Shown piece after piece: positions 15,474 to 23,978 of a stretch of 42,936 nucleotides of DNA. Each line of letters begins with the position of its first letter. The first letter of the stretch is position 1. The translations under genes were made by a program, and so were the position numbers. Under the pieces are notes generated by a model. The model was not told where the DNA came from. It did not search any database and saw nothing but the letters and a program-made list of their open reading frames with translations. Source of the stretch: a virus (taxonomy: Duplodnaviria; Caudoviricetes); the IMG/VR virus record IMGVR_UViG_3300032319_000014, positions 1 through 42,936 of that record; one strand, given 5' to 3'.

Positions 15474-15661
15474 GCTTCTACTGTTACTAGACCATTTACG
15501 ATTGCTGTTCCAGCTGTATGTTCATCGTCTAATAAAAATAAATCATAGGTACCGATTGAGTCCGGACCCATAATGCCTTTAATTGTCCAGCGCTTAGAAT
15601 TGAGAATTACGCGGTCGCCAAATTGCAGCTTTGCCGCTTCCGTTACTACAAGTGTTGCCAT
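15470..15661 (-). CDS. Small beta-barrel hypothetical protein
   Basis: 63 aa, GGAGGT SD. Confidence 0.65.
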   Translation of the reverse strand: MATLVVTEAAKLQFGDRVILNSKRWTIKGIMGPDSIGTYDLFLLDDEHTAGTAIVNGLVTVEA

Positions 15662-15722
15662 GTATTCACCTCCCTTTTGGGTTGAGATTACGTATTAGTG
15701 TAACCCTTACGGATAATCTGAG

Positions 15723-16523
15723 TCAAACCCTTTTCAATAAATCTTTTATGTACTCCGGCATCGGTACTGCGTTTTCCCTTGCCCTCTCGTCCAGCTCTGC
15801 AAGCCGTTTGCCGGCCTCTGTTTCCCGGGCTGCCCTTTCCCTAGCCGCGACCATTTCCTGCGCTCTGAGAGCCTCCGGAGTCAGTTTGCGGGGTGGTAGA
15901 GGTTCATCTAGCCATCTCTCTGCGTTAATCCATGTTGCCGGGTGAGGTGTGAACGTCTCGTCACGGTTAGGGTCAGAGGCAAATCGCTGCGCACCTTCCG
16001 TCGCTGCCAGCTGCTCCTCAACCTTTAATTTATCCCACGCTTTTCGGGCTGCTCCCTTTGCTGTTTTTCTTGGATATGCCTTCCAAAATAAATCAAACGT
16101 ATTGGGTGTTTCTAAGGGTGTTTCTATAGGGTGTTTCATAGGTCGTGAGAACCGGGTCGTAGCCGTCGCGAGTGCCGGGTCGTTCACGTCGTCAATGTCG
16201 GGTCGTACTTCTTTGCGAGCCGGTGATTTGTCGCCCCGTAACTTACTCATTACTACTGTATATCGGTGCGGCCGCCGGTCATCTCGGCAATTAGCCGACC
16301 CGCCTCCCCGCTTCTCTACCCAAAGGTAACCTTTTGACACCAGTTCATTTATTGTCCGTTGGACTGTTCGCACGTTGCAGCTTGCCCGGGTCGCAATCGT
16401 TTGCTGACTCGGCCACGCGTTATCCCCTTCGTCACTTGCGTGGTCTGCTATCACCAACAAAATCATCTTCTCGGTAGTAGGTAAATTCGTTCTCCACACT
16501 TCGCTCATCACTCGTATACTCAT
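15723..16523 (-). CDS. Replication initiator / replisome organiser (N-terminal wHTH)
   Basis: KMILLVIADHA..AWPSQQTIA..RTVQR..L..GY; C-terminal FDLFW.AYPRK..A.KAW..PHPATWIN..RW. Confidence 0.85.
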   Translation of the reverse strand: MSIRVMSEVWRTNLPTTEKMILLVIADHASDEGDNAWPSQQTIATRASCNVRTVQRTINELVSKGYLWVEKRGGGSANCRDDRRPHRYTVVMSKLRGDKSPARKEVRPDIDDVNDPALATATTRFSRPMKHPIETPLETPNTFDLFWKAYPRKTAKGAARKAWDKLKVEEQLAATEGAQRFASDPNRDETFTPHPATWINAERWLDEPLPPRKLTPEALRAQEMVAARERAARETEAGKRLAELDERARENAVPMPEYIKDLLKRV

Positions 16524-16845
16524 TTGCCATTGCCTCTATCTTTTCTATAGAAATCCCGAATTGCTGTAATTCCTCTGTTGCCTTTTTCCTTAGCGGCGAA
16601 GTGTGCCTGACTTTCAACGCATTTCGCTCTTTTGTCAATAAGCCGCCCCACACGCCATAGTTTTCATGTCGCATTCCGTAATCGAGGCACGCCTCTAAAA
16701 TCGGACACGCACCGCAAATCCTCCGTAGCGTATTTGCTCCTATTAGTTGCATAGCCGAGCGCTCCTCTTCGACTACGTAAAATAGGTGCGTAGGTGCGCC
16801 GCGACATTCGGCTTTATCCCAATTTACTTCGCTGTACCCTGACAA
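16432..16845 (-). CDS. whiB: WhiB-family transcription factor
   Basis: W..A.C...ICGACPILEAC..YGVWGGL..ER; probable TTG start at 16845 (track start 16878). Confidence 0.93.
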   Translation of the reverse strand: MSGYSEVNWDKAECRGAPTHLFYVVEEERSAMQLIGANTLRRICGACPILEACLDYGMRHENYGVWGGLLTKERNALKVRHTSPLRKKATEELQQFGISIEKIEAMANEYTSDERSVENEFTYYREDDFVGDSRPRK

Positions 16846-17492
16846 CCTATTTCCCCGCTCGCGTCGTAGTAATTGCAATAATTAGAGCAGAACCCCGACC
16901 ATTTCTCCGGAGCCGGCGGCTCGTTTGCAGCTGCTTTTGCCTTGACTTCATTTAGCCATTCTAACGCCGTTAGCGCAACGCTCTCGTCGTATGGCTCCCG
17001 GTGCGAGCGTATCTCTGCCATCTCCCCGTCACGCGGTACTGCAACCAATGAAACTTCTTTTACGTCGTATCCATTCTTGCTCAGCAGGTATCCGTACAGC
17101 TGCACTTGCCATCTTTGCTGGTCGCTCGGGAAGTAACGTAGGCTTTTCTTCTTTGTGGTCTTCCAATCCACAACGAGGCCAATGTCTTTAATGTATAAAT
17201 CACAATGGCCTTTTAGCCCTTCATACTCGAACGCCTGTTCGATTATGAAGTTATCGCCAAACGGGTCTTCTCGCTTAATTGCATCGGCAATCCCTGAGTG
17301 TATAAACGTACCTAATATGGCCGCTAGCGCTTCGGTCTCCGGATTTGTCTTCGGCGCTTCTTGCAGCTGGTAGTAAACCTGCCGGCGACAACCACCAATA
17401 CTTGATGGACCGATTTCTACCTGCTTGCTCCGGTCTCTGTTTTTATCGTAAGCGTTCAGGCTCTTGCTCAGTAGGTCATTTAAGTTAATCAT
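16824..17492 (-). CDS. PD-(D/E)XK Cas4/RecB-like exonuclease
   Basis: GPSSIGGCRRQ, GT.IH, GHCD..VVDWKT, QVQLY, terminal Cys cluster. Confidence 0.9.
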   Translation of the reverse strand: MINLNDLLSKSLNAYDKNRDRSKQVEIGPSSIGGCRRQVYYQLQEAPKTNPETEALAAILGTFIHSGIADAIKREDPFGDNFIIEQAFEYEGLKGHCDLYIKDIGLVVDWKTTKKKSLRYFPSDQQRWQVQLYGYLLSKNGYDVKEVSLVAVPRDGEMAEIRSHREPYDESVALTALEWLNEVKAKAAANEPPAPEKWSGFCSNYCNYYDASGEIGCQGTAK

Positions 17493-17736
17493 TTGCTTTC
17501 CAAATCGTTAGTAGTAATACATCAGGATTAGTTGGGTCTAGATTGAATTGTTTAGCCACTTCTTGTCCTATAACGCTCCTCCAATAATGTTCGAATTCGC
17601 GCGCTAATACTTCATAAGCATTTACTGACGTTCCGCCATCTACGTTTTTTACTCCTGAGTTATGGATTACTACGTTTAGCGCATCTAATTTAATGAACGC
17701 GAGCGCTTGGTCGTATAGATGTATTCCTTCAATCAT
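17485..17736 (-). CDS. Hypothetical protein
   Basis: 83 aa in a tightly packed operon. Confidence 0.6.
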   Translation of the reverse strand: MIEGIHLYDQALAFIKLDALNVVIHNSGVKNVDGGTSVNAYEVLAREFEHYWRSVIGQEVAKQFNLDPTNPDVLLLTIWKAND

Positions 17737-17863
17737 GCATCTGTCCGAAGAGTTTTAACGCTTGTCTAATCTGCTCTTCGGTTAATTCCGGGTGCGTTTT
17801 TTTATATGCGTCAATAAATGGCTGAGCCAAGTCTTGAGTTAATTTATCTTTTTCTTCACTCAT
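17729..17863 (-). CDS. 44-aa hypothetical protein (not in ORF track)
   Basis: MSEEKDKLTQDLAQPFIDAYKKTHPELTEEQIRQALKLFGQMHD; ATGA coupled. Confidence 0.6.
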   Translation of the reverse strand: MSEEKDKLTQDLAQPFIDAYKKTHPELTEEQIRQALKLFGQMHD

Positions 17864-17994
17864 TTGCAATCACCGCAATAGTTGGTCGCTCGTATGTTTT
17901 CAATGTTGACATAGTAATCTTTAGCGCAATGTATACAAGTCACCCAAGCCATCACATTAGTTTTTCGATAAAAAGGATTACGAATTTTTATCAT
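17860..17994 (-). CDS. 44-aa Zn-finger microprotein (not in ORF track)
   Basis: MIKIRNPFYRKTNVMAWVTCIHCAKDYYVNIENIRATNYCGDCK; GGAGGT SD, ATGA coupling. Confidence 0.65.
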   Translation of the reverse strand: MIKIRNPFYRKTNVMAWVTCIHCAKDYYVNIENIRATNYCGDCK

Positions 17995-18362
17995 GCTACC
18001 TCCATAGATGAGCGCACCGACGTTCCAATACTGCGTGCAATCTCTACCTGAGTTTTAATTCGGCTTGCGTTTGCTCTTGCAGCTTTGACTTGCGCCTCCG
18101 CCATCGCGACCCGTAGGTGCAGCTCTTCGTTATCTATCAGCGCCATATCTTCGCGCTCGCTGACGGTGTAATTCTTTCCGGTGGGAGATGACTTGGTGCT
18201 GTAGGTCATGCGGCTTCTTGCAATCGCTATTTCATATTGCGCCTTGTAAGAGTTGTAATGACTTTCTACTTCTACCAATTCGCTGTGACTTTCGTCAATC
18301 TCTTTGCTCAGGTCGTAGAGTCGTTTTTCAATCTGCGCCGGAGTAACTACTGCATTACTCAT
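17991..18362 (-). CDS. Coiled-coil hypothetical protein
   Basis: 123 aa helical, TP.QIE.RL..TV.ERE..RSIGTSVR. Confidence 0.75.
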   Translation of the reverse strand: MSNAVVTPAQIEKRLYDLSKEIDESHSELVEVESHYNSYKAQYEIAIARSRMTYSTKSSPTGKNYTVSEREDMALIDNEELHLRVAMAEAQVKAARANASRIKTQVEIARSIGTSVRSSMEVA

Positions 18363-18663
18363 TTGCCATTTCCTCTTCGTCCAGCTCGCTTACGCTTTCC
18401 GCTACGTCTGCCATGCTAGGTGCGACCCGTAAATCCGGTTTTGCATTAGCCGCTTTATTTTCATACTCTAGCAATTTAGCCACGTCGCTTGAAATACTGA
18501 ACGTATCCGGGCTGAGTATGTATCCAGCTTCGTCTAATCCTCTAGCCACTTTGATTGCGTCTAGGTCTAAAGTTTTCGCTAGGCGTAGCACGCTTACTTG
18601 CTGATGGTTAATAGTTACAATCCAACCAATCTGAGGCTCGAACTTCTTTGATTTGTCGCTCAT
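18355..18663 (-). CDS. Hypothetical protein
   Basis: MSDKSKKFEPQIGW...; GGAGG SD and ATGA overlap support a start at 18663. Confidence 0.7.
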   Translation of the reverse strand: MSDKSKKFEPQIGWIVTINHQQVSVLRLAKTLDLDAIKVARGLDEAGYILSPDTFSISSDVAKLLEYENKAANAKPDLRVAPSMADVAESVSELDEEEMANE

Positions 18664-19034
18664 AATTTTCCTCCACAATGTTTGCATTCGTTTTGCTTTT
18701 TATAGTCGCTTACTTCTCTTCCGTCGATATGCTCCTCTGTTACGTATATTGAGCAGCGGTTACGCTTTTCTTTTAGTCGGAAGATAAATCCTTCTTTATG
18801 TAAAATTGAAAGTGAACTACTGCATTGACCTGCGTGCCAGTTTTCAATCTCGCTTAATTCTTTCCACGTTAGGCCGCGCTCTTCTTGAGTGCGTACCCTG
18901 TGTAGCGTTATGCTCTGCCTTAGTGATGTTGCTCCGTTAGCGTCTTCCTGTACTGCGCGCTCCCGGCTTGCGTCGCTTCCCTTCCACCCGCTAGTACCTG
19001 CATACGGTGTTAGAGGTAATGTCAGCTTGCTCAT
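18660..19034 (-). CDS. Putative winged-helix protein with C-terminal CxxC
   Basis: GLTWKELSE..WH.GQ.SS.LS.LHK.G; CKHCGG. Confidence 0.7.
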   Translation of the reverse strand: MSKLTLPLTPYAGTSGWKGSDASRERAVQEDANGATSLRQSITLHRVRTQEERGLTWKELSEIENWHAGQCSSSLSILHKEGFIFRLKEKRNRCSIYVTEEHIDGREVSDYKKQNECKHCGGKL

Positions 19035-19579
19035 GCTATTTGCTGCACTCTCGCGTTTAGCGCGTCTTTTAGCGTAGTACCTTCTACCGGTGCGTCGAGG
19101 ATTGCTTTATGTATATCCCAAATCTTTCGCGCTTCTTCTAATGTGCTGGCAATCATCGCTTCGCTTATTGCCATCTTTGCTAGTGCCAGCTCTTCGGCGC
19201 TCCAAGTCTTTGCAGCTGTGATTGGTTTGCGCGGCTCTTTACCGTATCGCTCTACCTTTTCCATTTCTTCTCTGCTTGGTCGCTTACCCTGCGACGCATA
19301 TCCGCAGTTGCTTAAAGAACGCCCGATTGACGAGGTCTCACAGTTTTCAAGCGCCGACGTACGATTTACCGGTGACGCTCCGACAATCTCTTCGGCGTAC
19401 CCGGTTGCAGTAGGGTTAATGTCATCTTTGTCGAAATAAATCTCAGAGTAAACAATAAAACTTCGTTCATCTCTGTATTCGAGTTTTGTAAATACCCGGC
19501 CATTCGGGTGGTCTTTCCAGAATTTTGTTAATCTGCTTTCAACTGTCTCGTATGATTCGAGGTCAAATTTTCCAGCCAT
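19031..19579 (-). CDS. Putative single-strand annealing recombinase (Rad52/ERF-like)
   Basis: YETVESRL..F...PNGR, ATGYAEE, SALENCETSSIGR; same operon as the exonuclease. Confidence 0.65.
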   Translation of the reverse strand: MAGKFDLESYETVESRLTKFWKDHPNGRVFTKLEYRDERSFIVYSEIYFDKDDINPTATGYAEEIVGASPVNRTSALENCETSSIGRSLSNCGYASQGKRPSREEMEKVERYGKEPRKPITAAKTWSAEELALAKMAISEAMIASTLEEARKIWDIHKAILDAPVEGTTLKDALNARVQQIA

Positions 19580-19602
19580 TTACTATGCCTTCTTTCGTTT
19601 TG

Positions 19603-19658
19603 GGTTCCCAGTCGGAACCTGTTAGGGCTAATCTTGCCTTACTTTCTGTAATATGTCG
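19603..19658 (-). promoter_or_regulatory. Promoter repeat copy B plus 5' hairpin
   Basis: ACGACA-N17-CAAGAT; 35/40 identical to 15032-15071; hairpin GGTTCC-GACTG-GGAACC. Confidence 0.75.
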
Positions 19659-19706
19659 TTTGTTTCGTAATCTGAGTTTCTGCGTGTCGTATGAGAGGAT
19701 TACCCC

Positions 19707-20300
19707 ATGACAACCCTTATAGCCGTACAGCATGATGATTGGTGTTTGATTGCCGGAGATACGCAAACTACTTCTTACCACCTATCCGCTGACTGCTCTC
19801 CAATGGGTAAAATTGCGCAGAACGGTAAGTACCTTGTATCCGCTGCCGGTTTAGTCCGAGGCATGAATCTTATCCAGCACGCCTTTGCTCCTCCGGCTCC
19901 GCCCCGTTCCAACCTTGATAGATTTATGGTTAATACCTTTGTGCCAGCTTTGCGTAAATCTTTTATAGTCAATGGCTACGACATGAAAGATGATGGCGAC
20001 GTTGCCTCCCACGATAATGAGTTTCTTATCGCCGCTAATGGCGTTTTGTACCTTGTAGATGAGGTCTATGGCGTTGAGCGTACTTCTAATCGCCTTTACG
20101 TTACCGGCTCCGGTATGGAGTTAGCACTTGGCGCGGCTCATGCTCTTGGTTTGCATGAGGTAGATGATTGGGAAGAAGCCGTAGAAATTGTTGAGCAAGC
20201 CGTTAAGGTCGCTATGAAATACGACATTTATTCCGGCGGCTCTGTTCAGGTTGCTTTGCAGAATACTTCCGGTAAATCTTGGCTTACTTATCTCGGCTGA
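19707..20300 (+). CDS. Ntn-hydrolase, proteasome beta/HslV-like threonine peptidase
   Basis: MTTLIAV (Thr nucleophile), IAGDTQTT, GKI, TGSG..ALGA, DIYSGG; only convincing plus-strand gene. Confidence 0.88.
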   Translation: MTTLIAVQHDDWCLIAGDTQTTSYHLSADCSPMGKIAQNGKYLVSAAGLVRGMNLIQHAFAPPAPPRSNLDRFMVNTFVPALRKSFIVNGYDMKDDGDVASHDNEFLIAANGVLYLVDEVYGVERTSNRLYVTGSGMELALGAAHALGLHEVDDWEEAVEIVEQAVKVAMKYDIYSGGSVQVALQNTSGKSWLTYLG

Positions 20301-21006
20301 GTTTGTTTTCTTTCTTTGCGTCTCGCTCTTCTTGCAATTCTCCAAATGTTCGCCGCGCCATTTTTTTATTGAAATGTCTAATGTTATTAGCCGGTATTCC
20401 TATTTTGTTTGTAGGCAGCGTTATAGCCAATAAGTCGCTTGCGTCTTGATTTCCGTACCCTGCGTCTAGTATTGCCGCATCATCGGGGAATACCTCTGCG
20501 TGCCGGTCTGTTTCTTTGTTAATTAAGTGGTCTTGCTTACCGCCCATTGAATAAAGATACTTGAAATTTACCGGGCAATTTGGTTCTACCAATTCTTTGA
20601 ACATTGCCACTTCTTTTGTATAGCAATAAAACGTTACTTCCGGTGTAAGCCGGGCAATCTGTAGCCACAATTCTAAATATTCTTTAGAGAAAAAATCTCC
20701 CGCGTCATGTATCCGTATGTACTTGCCAGTCATTTTCGGCTTTTGCACTTCCGCAAGCATTTGTCCCATCCACCCTAGCGGGTCTTCCATAATGTATTCT
20801 AGGTTTTGTATGTGTCGCTTTTTTACATTGCTAAAATTGTATGTACCATTTCTTGCATAGCAAAAACTTGCGCACGCTCCCGCATTTGGACAGACATTAA
20901 AATTGTCTCCGTTAGTTAATTTTATTGCAAACGCCGGTAGCGTCCAATTGTAAATACCATCAGGCCGCAGCTCGCTGTTTTGTGTTAATAGTTTTGCTGG
21001 TCTCAT
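20284..21006 (-). CDS. Gp88-like protein (Cys-cluster, radical-SAM-like)
   Basis: WTLPA, CPNAGACASFCYA, RIHDAGDF, FYCYTK. Confidence 0.75.
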   Translation of the reverse strand: MRPAKLLTQNSELRPDGIYNWTLPAFAIKLTNGDNFNVCPNAGACASFCYARNGTYNFSNVKKRHIQNLEYIMEDPLGWMGQMLAEVQKPKMTGKYIRIHDAGDFFSKEYLELWLQIARLTPEVTFYCYTKEVAMFKELVEPNCPVNFKYLYSMGGKQDHLINKETDRHAEVFPDDAAILDAGYGNQDASDLLAITLPTNKIGIPANNIRHFNKKMARRTFGELQEERDAKKENKLSRDK

Positions 21007-21167
21007 GTTGCATTTGCTTCATCTACTATTTGTGTAAATTTAATTCTTGCTTTTTCCCAAGCAATTTTACTTTCCCACCCCATGTTTTCCGGTTGCGGCT
21101 CGTTAATAATTGCTTCTCGTATTGCGTTGCGTTGAATAGCAAGGTGTATGCGTAATGTTTTTTCCAT
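21003..21167 (-). CDS. 54-aa hypothetical protein (not in ORF track)
   Basis: MEKTLRIHLAIQRNAIREAIINEPQPENMGWESKIAWEKARIKFTQIVDEANAT; coupled at both ends. Confidence 0.65.
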   Translation of the reverse strand: MEKTLRIHLAIQRNAIREAIINEPQPENMGWESKIAWEKARIKFTQIVDEANAT

Positions 21168-22201
21168 TAGTCCAACCAAACTTTATAGCCAGCTGTGACG
21201 CGGCCTTTTACCGGGTCGATAAAGTGCAGCCGCTGTGATGGTGTTGCGCTGGCCGCGAGGTTAATCCCGGCATATCTGTTTTCGCTTTCCGTACTTCCTG
21301 TTTGATAGACCGCTCCTAGCCCGTTAGCCATCGCCCATTCTGCGTGCGTATGGTAATGGCCGATGTATACGTCTCTAAATTCCCAGTTATACGCCCCGCT
21401 TCGCCATCTGTTTGCGTGTTGCACGATTGCTCCGGGTGAAGCAAATCCGTTACGCCCTACTTCGTCTCCATGTATTAGCAGCGCTCTGTAGTTGCCTATC
21501 TCTACCCGCTGTATATCTTCCGGGCAATCCTGCCACGTTAATCTTTTTTCGCCCTGTAATAATTGTTTAGCCAATTCGTAACACATTCTGTCAAAATTAT
21601 CTGAACGCGGAACATTATCGCGCTTGCTGCCAATTCGCCCATGGTTTCCCCATTCCGGTACAACCGTTACTTTCTTGTAATTGTTTAGCGCGTATCTAAC
21701 TACGTCTACGCATAGCCGGCTTACGTTTACGTATTGCTCGAATAGCGTTGAGTCAATTTCAAACGCTTGCCCCGGAAAGTTAAATAGCCCTTCAATCATA
21801 TCCCCGCCGAATAAAATAAATACCTCATCGACCGGGTGGTCTGCTCTGTGTATCTCTGTAATGCGTACCGCTTTATCCGCGAATTCTAATACTCTCCTCC
21901 GCATTACTTCGCTGTCGTAACTAGGGGTTTTTTTTGCGCCCTGCCAATCCGTCATATGCCATAGCGCTACTTCGGCTTTCTTGCTGCTTTTTGCAATTTT
22001 AGGTTCCGGCACTAATGAGATTTTTCCGAATGATAGCGTTGCGTCGTATGCCGCTGTATGTGTTGCCGCTACTAAATCATCTACCTTTTGCTTTGTCTCC
22101 ATCAACTTTTTTTGCGTACGCATCAGCGCTCTGCGCAGCTCGGTTACGTCTCCGCTTTCAATGTCTTCGGGAAGCTCGTCAAAAGTTTTTTTAAGGCTCA
22201 T
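21167..22201 (-). CDS. Calcineurin-like metallophosphoesterase
   Basis: TDWQ, GGDMIEG, GNHGR, IHGD, GHYH; N-terminal coiled coil. Confidence 0.9.
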   Translation of the reverse strand: MSLKKTFDELPEDIESGDVTELRRALMRTQKKLMETKQKVDDLVAATHTAAYDATLSFGKISLVPEPKIAKSSKKAEVALWHMTDWQGAKKTPSYDSEVMRRRVLEFADKAVRITEIHRADHPVDEVFILFGGDMIEGLFNFPGQAFEIDSTLFEQYVNVSRLCVDVVRYALNNYKKVTVVPEWGNHGRIGSKRDNVPRSDNFDRMCYELAKQLLQGEKRLTWQDCPEDIQRVEIGNYRALLIHGDEVGRNGFASPGAIVQHANRWRSGAYNWEFRDVYIGHYHTHAEWAMANGLGAVYQTGSTESENRYAGINLAASATPSQRLHFIDPVKGRVTAGYKVWLD

Positions 22202-22460
22202 CTGTTATTGCAATCTCTCGGCCATGTATTGTGTAGCCTAATTTGTCTTGCCATGAATCGTCATGCGCCGGGTTTGCTACGCACCTAACTGATTTATACG
22301 CGTCTAACATTAGTGCTACTTGCCATGCCGGAATATCGTCAATGAATAATAGCGCTCCCCAAATTCTTCCGGTGAGTGCAAAATTGCGATGTGCGTCTCC
22401 GTAAATTGCTTGGCGCTCGTCTAATATTCCTTCTATTTTGTTATCTTTGGACATTTGCAC
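22191..22460 (-). CDS. DUF6378-like small helical protein (possible nucleotide hydrolase)
   Basis: ER...YGD...NF.....W..VALM...K..R...H.DSW.D..GY. Confidence 0.75.
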   Translation of the reverse strand: MQMSKDNKIEGILDERQAIYGDAHRNFALTGRIWGALLFIDDIPAWQVALMLDAYKSVRCVANPAHDDSWQDKLGYTIHGREIAITDEP

Positions 22461-22675
22461 GCTCCCATTCTGTGACGTCTAATTGCTTCGTTGCTGCTTT
22501 TAATTCCTTCGGAGCGCAACGCATTTAGTATCACGTTTGCGGAGTAGCCTTTTTCCCATGCTGCGTCTAGCGCTTTTCTGTCTTCCGGGTTCAGCGCGTC
22601 GTACATTACTTGGTAAGCGCAATAATTTTCTCTTAGCGTCTTACTCATACTTGCCAATTTATCTGCTAATGCCAT
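22433..22675 (-). CDS. Small HTH-like protein with Cys/His tail
   Basis: YSANVILNALRSEGIKSS..IRRHR.G.CKC; AGGAGG SD. Confidence 0.7.
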   Translation of the reverse strand: MALADKLASMSKTLRENYCAYQVMYDALNPEDRKALDAAWEKGYSANVILNALRSEGIKSSNEAIRRHRMGACKCPKITK

Positions 22676-22693
22676 GTGAGCCTCCTAGTGCGT

Positions 22694-22699
22694 AGTCTA
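22694..22699 (-). promoter_or_regulatory. Candidate -10 box TAGACT for phosphoesterase module
   Basis: TANNNT just upstream of the SD and downstream of a terminator. Confidence 0.45.
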
Positions 22700-22734
22700 G
22701 CAAAGATTTCGTGAACCTACACGTTACGACATGC

Positions 22735-22770
22735 AAAGACCCCCAACCACTTCTCCGTTAGTTAGGGGTC
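22735..22770 (-). terminator. Terminator-like hairpin after lysis genes
   Basis: GACCCCTAACTA/TGGTTGGGGGTC 12-bp stem (2 G-U pairs) followed by TTTG. Confidence 0.65.
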
Positions 22771-22786
22771 GTCGCTATTAAGTTTT

Positions 22787-23038
22787 TTACTTTTTGGCAG
22801 CTGCCTTCTTTGCAGTTGGCTTAGCCAATTTTGTTAGTTCGATTGTGAGTAGGTCTGCTCCCACGCCGAACGCTTTATCTTTAGGGTTAATCGCGCGGAT
22901 TGCTACCGGTACTGTTGCAATCGCTCCTGCTACTAGGATTGCCTTGTAGTCGGTATTTCCTGTTGCAATTACCGCTCCTGCAGCTGCAATAAAACTGCGG
23001 CCGTATGACGCGAGCATTGCTTGAGTCTTAGCATTCAT
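22787..23038 (-). CDS. Putative holin
   Basis: Two hydrophobic segments, SY.RSF..INPKD.AFG, basic tail; follows endolysin. Confidence 0.7.
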   Translation of the reverse strand: MNAKTQAMLASYGRSFIAAAGAVIATGNTDYKAILVAGAIATVPVAIRAINPKDKAFGVGADLLTIELTKLAKPTAKKAAAKK

Positions 23039-23040
23039 CT

Positions 23041-23514
23041 TTATCCTTTCGGACGCGCTACTGCCATAATGGTCTTGTAGTCGCGCTTTTTTAGATAGTA
23101 GCCATCGCCGTTGCTCTGACTACCTTTCTTATCTGCCGAGGTATTTCCTTCGTAGACGTACATGTACTTTAGCGTTGTATTGTGGCCTTTGACGATACCT
23201 ACGTGGTCGGGTTCCGCGTCAGCGTCGAACTGATAGAACACTAAATCTCCGGCCTGAGCCTGACCCACCGGCACAATCTGATTGTTTTTTACGAGGTATT
23301 TAAGCCAAGCATCGCAGCTGGCAAATCCCTTTTTGGTATTGGCTACTGAGGCAATTAACCCTGCGTCAGCGAACATTTTAGACGCGCTCATCGCGCACCA
23401 AGGTTGATTGTTTAGCCCGTACCATTTGCCGAATTCTGTATCGTTATTTGTGCCTTCTTTGTAACCGAGTTTGCCTTCGCATAACGCGAGTACCTTCTTT
23501 ATATCTAGCGCCAT
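23041..23514 (-). CDS. CHAP-domain endolysin
   Basis: PWCAM (Cys), DHVGIV (His), EGNT; no cell-wall-binding domain. Confidence 0.92.
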   Translation of the reverse strand: MALDIKKVLALCEGKLGYKEGTNNDTEFGKWYGLNNQPWCAMSASKMFADAGLIASVANTKKGFASCDAWLKYLVKNNQIVPVGQAQAGDLVFYQFDADAEPDHVGIVKGHNTTLKYMYVYEGNTSADKKGSQSNGDGYYLKKRDYKTIMAVARPKG

Positions 23515-23745
23515 TTATTCTCCTAGTTTTGCTTTTAATACCGCCAAGTCTAGTGCTAATCCCTGTAGGGTTTCGTCTTGCCTATTCATCTGGTCTTTCA
23601 TGCTTGCCCCACCGTTTTCGTACAGCTGATACTCAATCCTGTCTAAGCGTTTATTCAGCTTGTAAATTACCCGTAATCCGCCGGCGGCTATGACTAAGAT
23701 TTCTAGCATTGAGCGTATAGCATTTATCTTGTCAGCTGCCGTCAC
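23515..23745 (-). CDS. Membrane/coiled-coil lysis-associated protein
   Basis: Hydrophobic segment then NGG.SMKDQ coiled coil, typical upstream of actinophage lysins. Confidence 0.65.
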   Translation of the reverse strand: MTAADKINAIRSMLEILVIAAGGLRVIYKLNKRLDRIEYQLYENGGASMKDQMNRQDETLQGLALDLAVLKAKLGE

Positions 23746-23762
23746 GATTGCGCCCTTTCGGG

Positions 23763-23978
23763 TTATGTAAGAGTTATAGTTTTAATTGTACCAGCAGAGT
23801 TTACGAATTTTAATGTGCTGCTCGTCGAGTTGTACCACATGTCTCCGTTGCGAGGAGCCGTCGGGTCTGTAGTTACAATCGGTACTGTAAATCTTTGCGC
23901 CGTTTCCAGCTTGCGCAGTCTGCTAAAAATGTCGTCAAAAAATGTTTTGAAATCGAAAGGCTGATTGATATATCCCAT
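23763..23978 (-). CDS. Small tail protein
   Basis: RLRKLET, DPTAPRNGDMWYN. Confidence 0.7.
   Translation of the reverse strand: MGYINQPFDFKTFFDDIFSRLRKLETAQRFTVPIVTTDPTAPRNGDMWYNSTSSTLKFVNSAGTIKTITLT

Noticed and set aside
16824-17492. Cas4 as part of a CRISPR system
   Set aside because: No repeat-spacer array or other cas genes; context fits a phage recombination exonuclease
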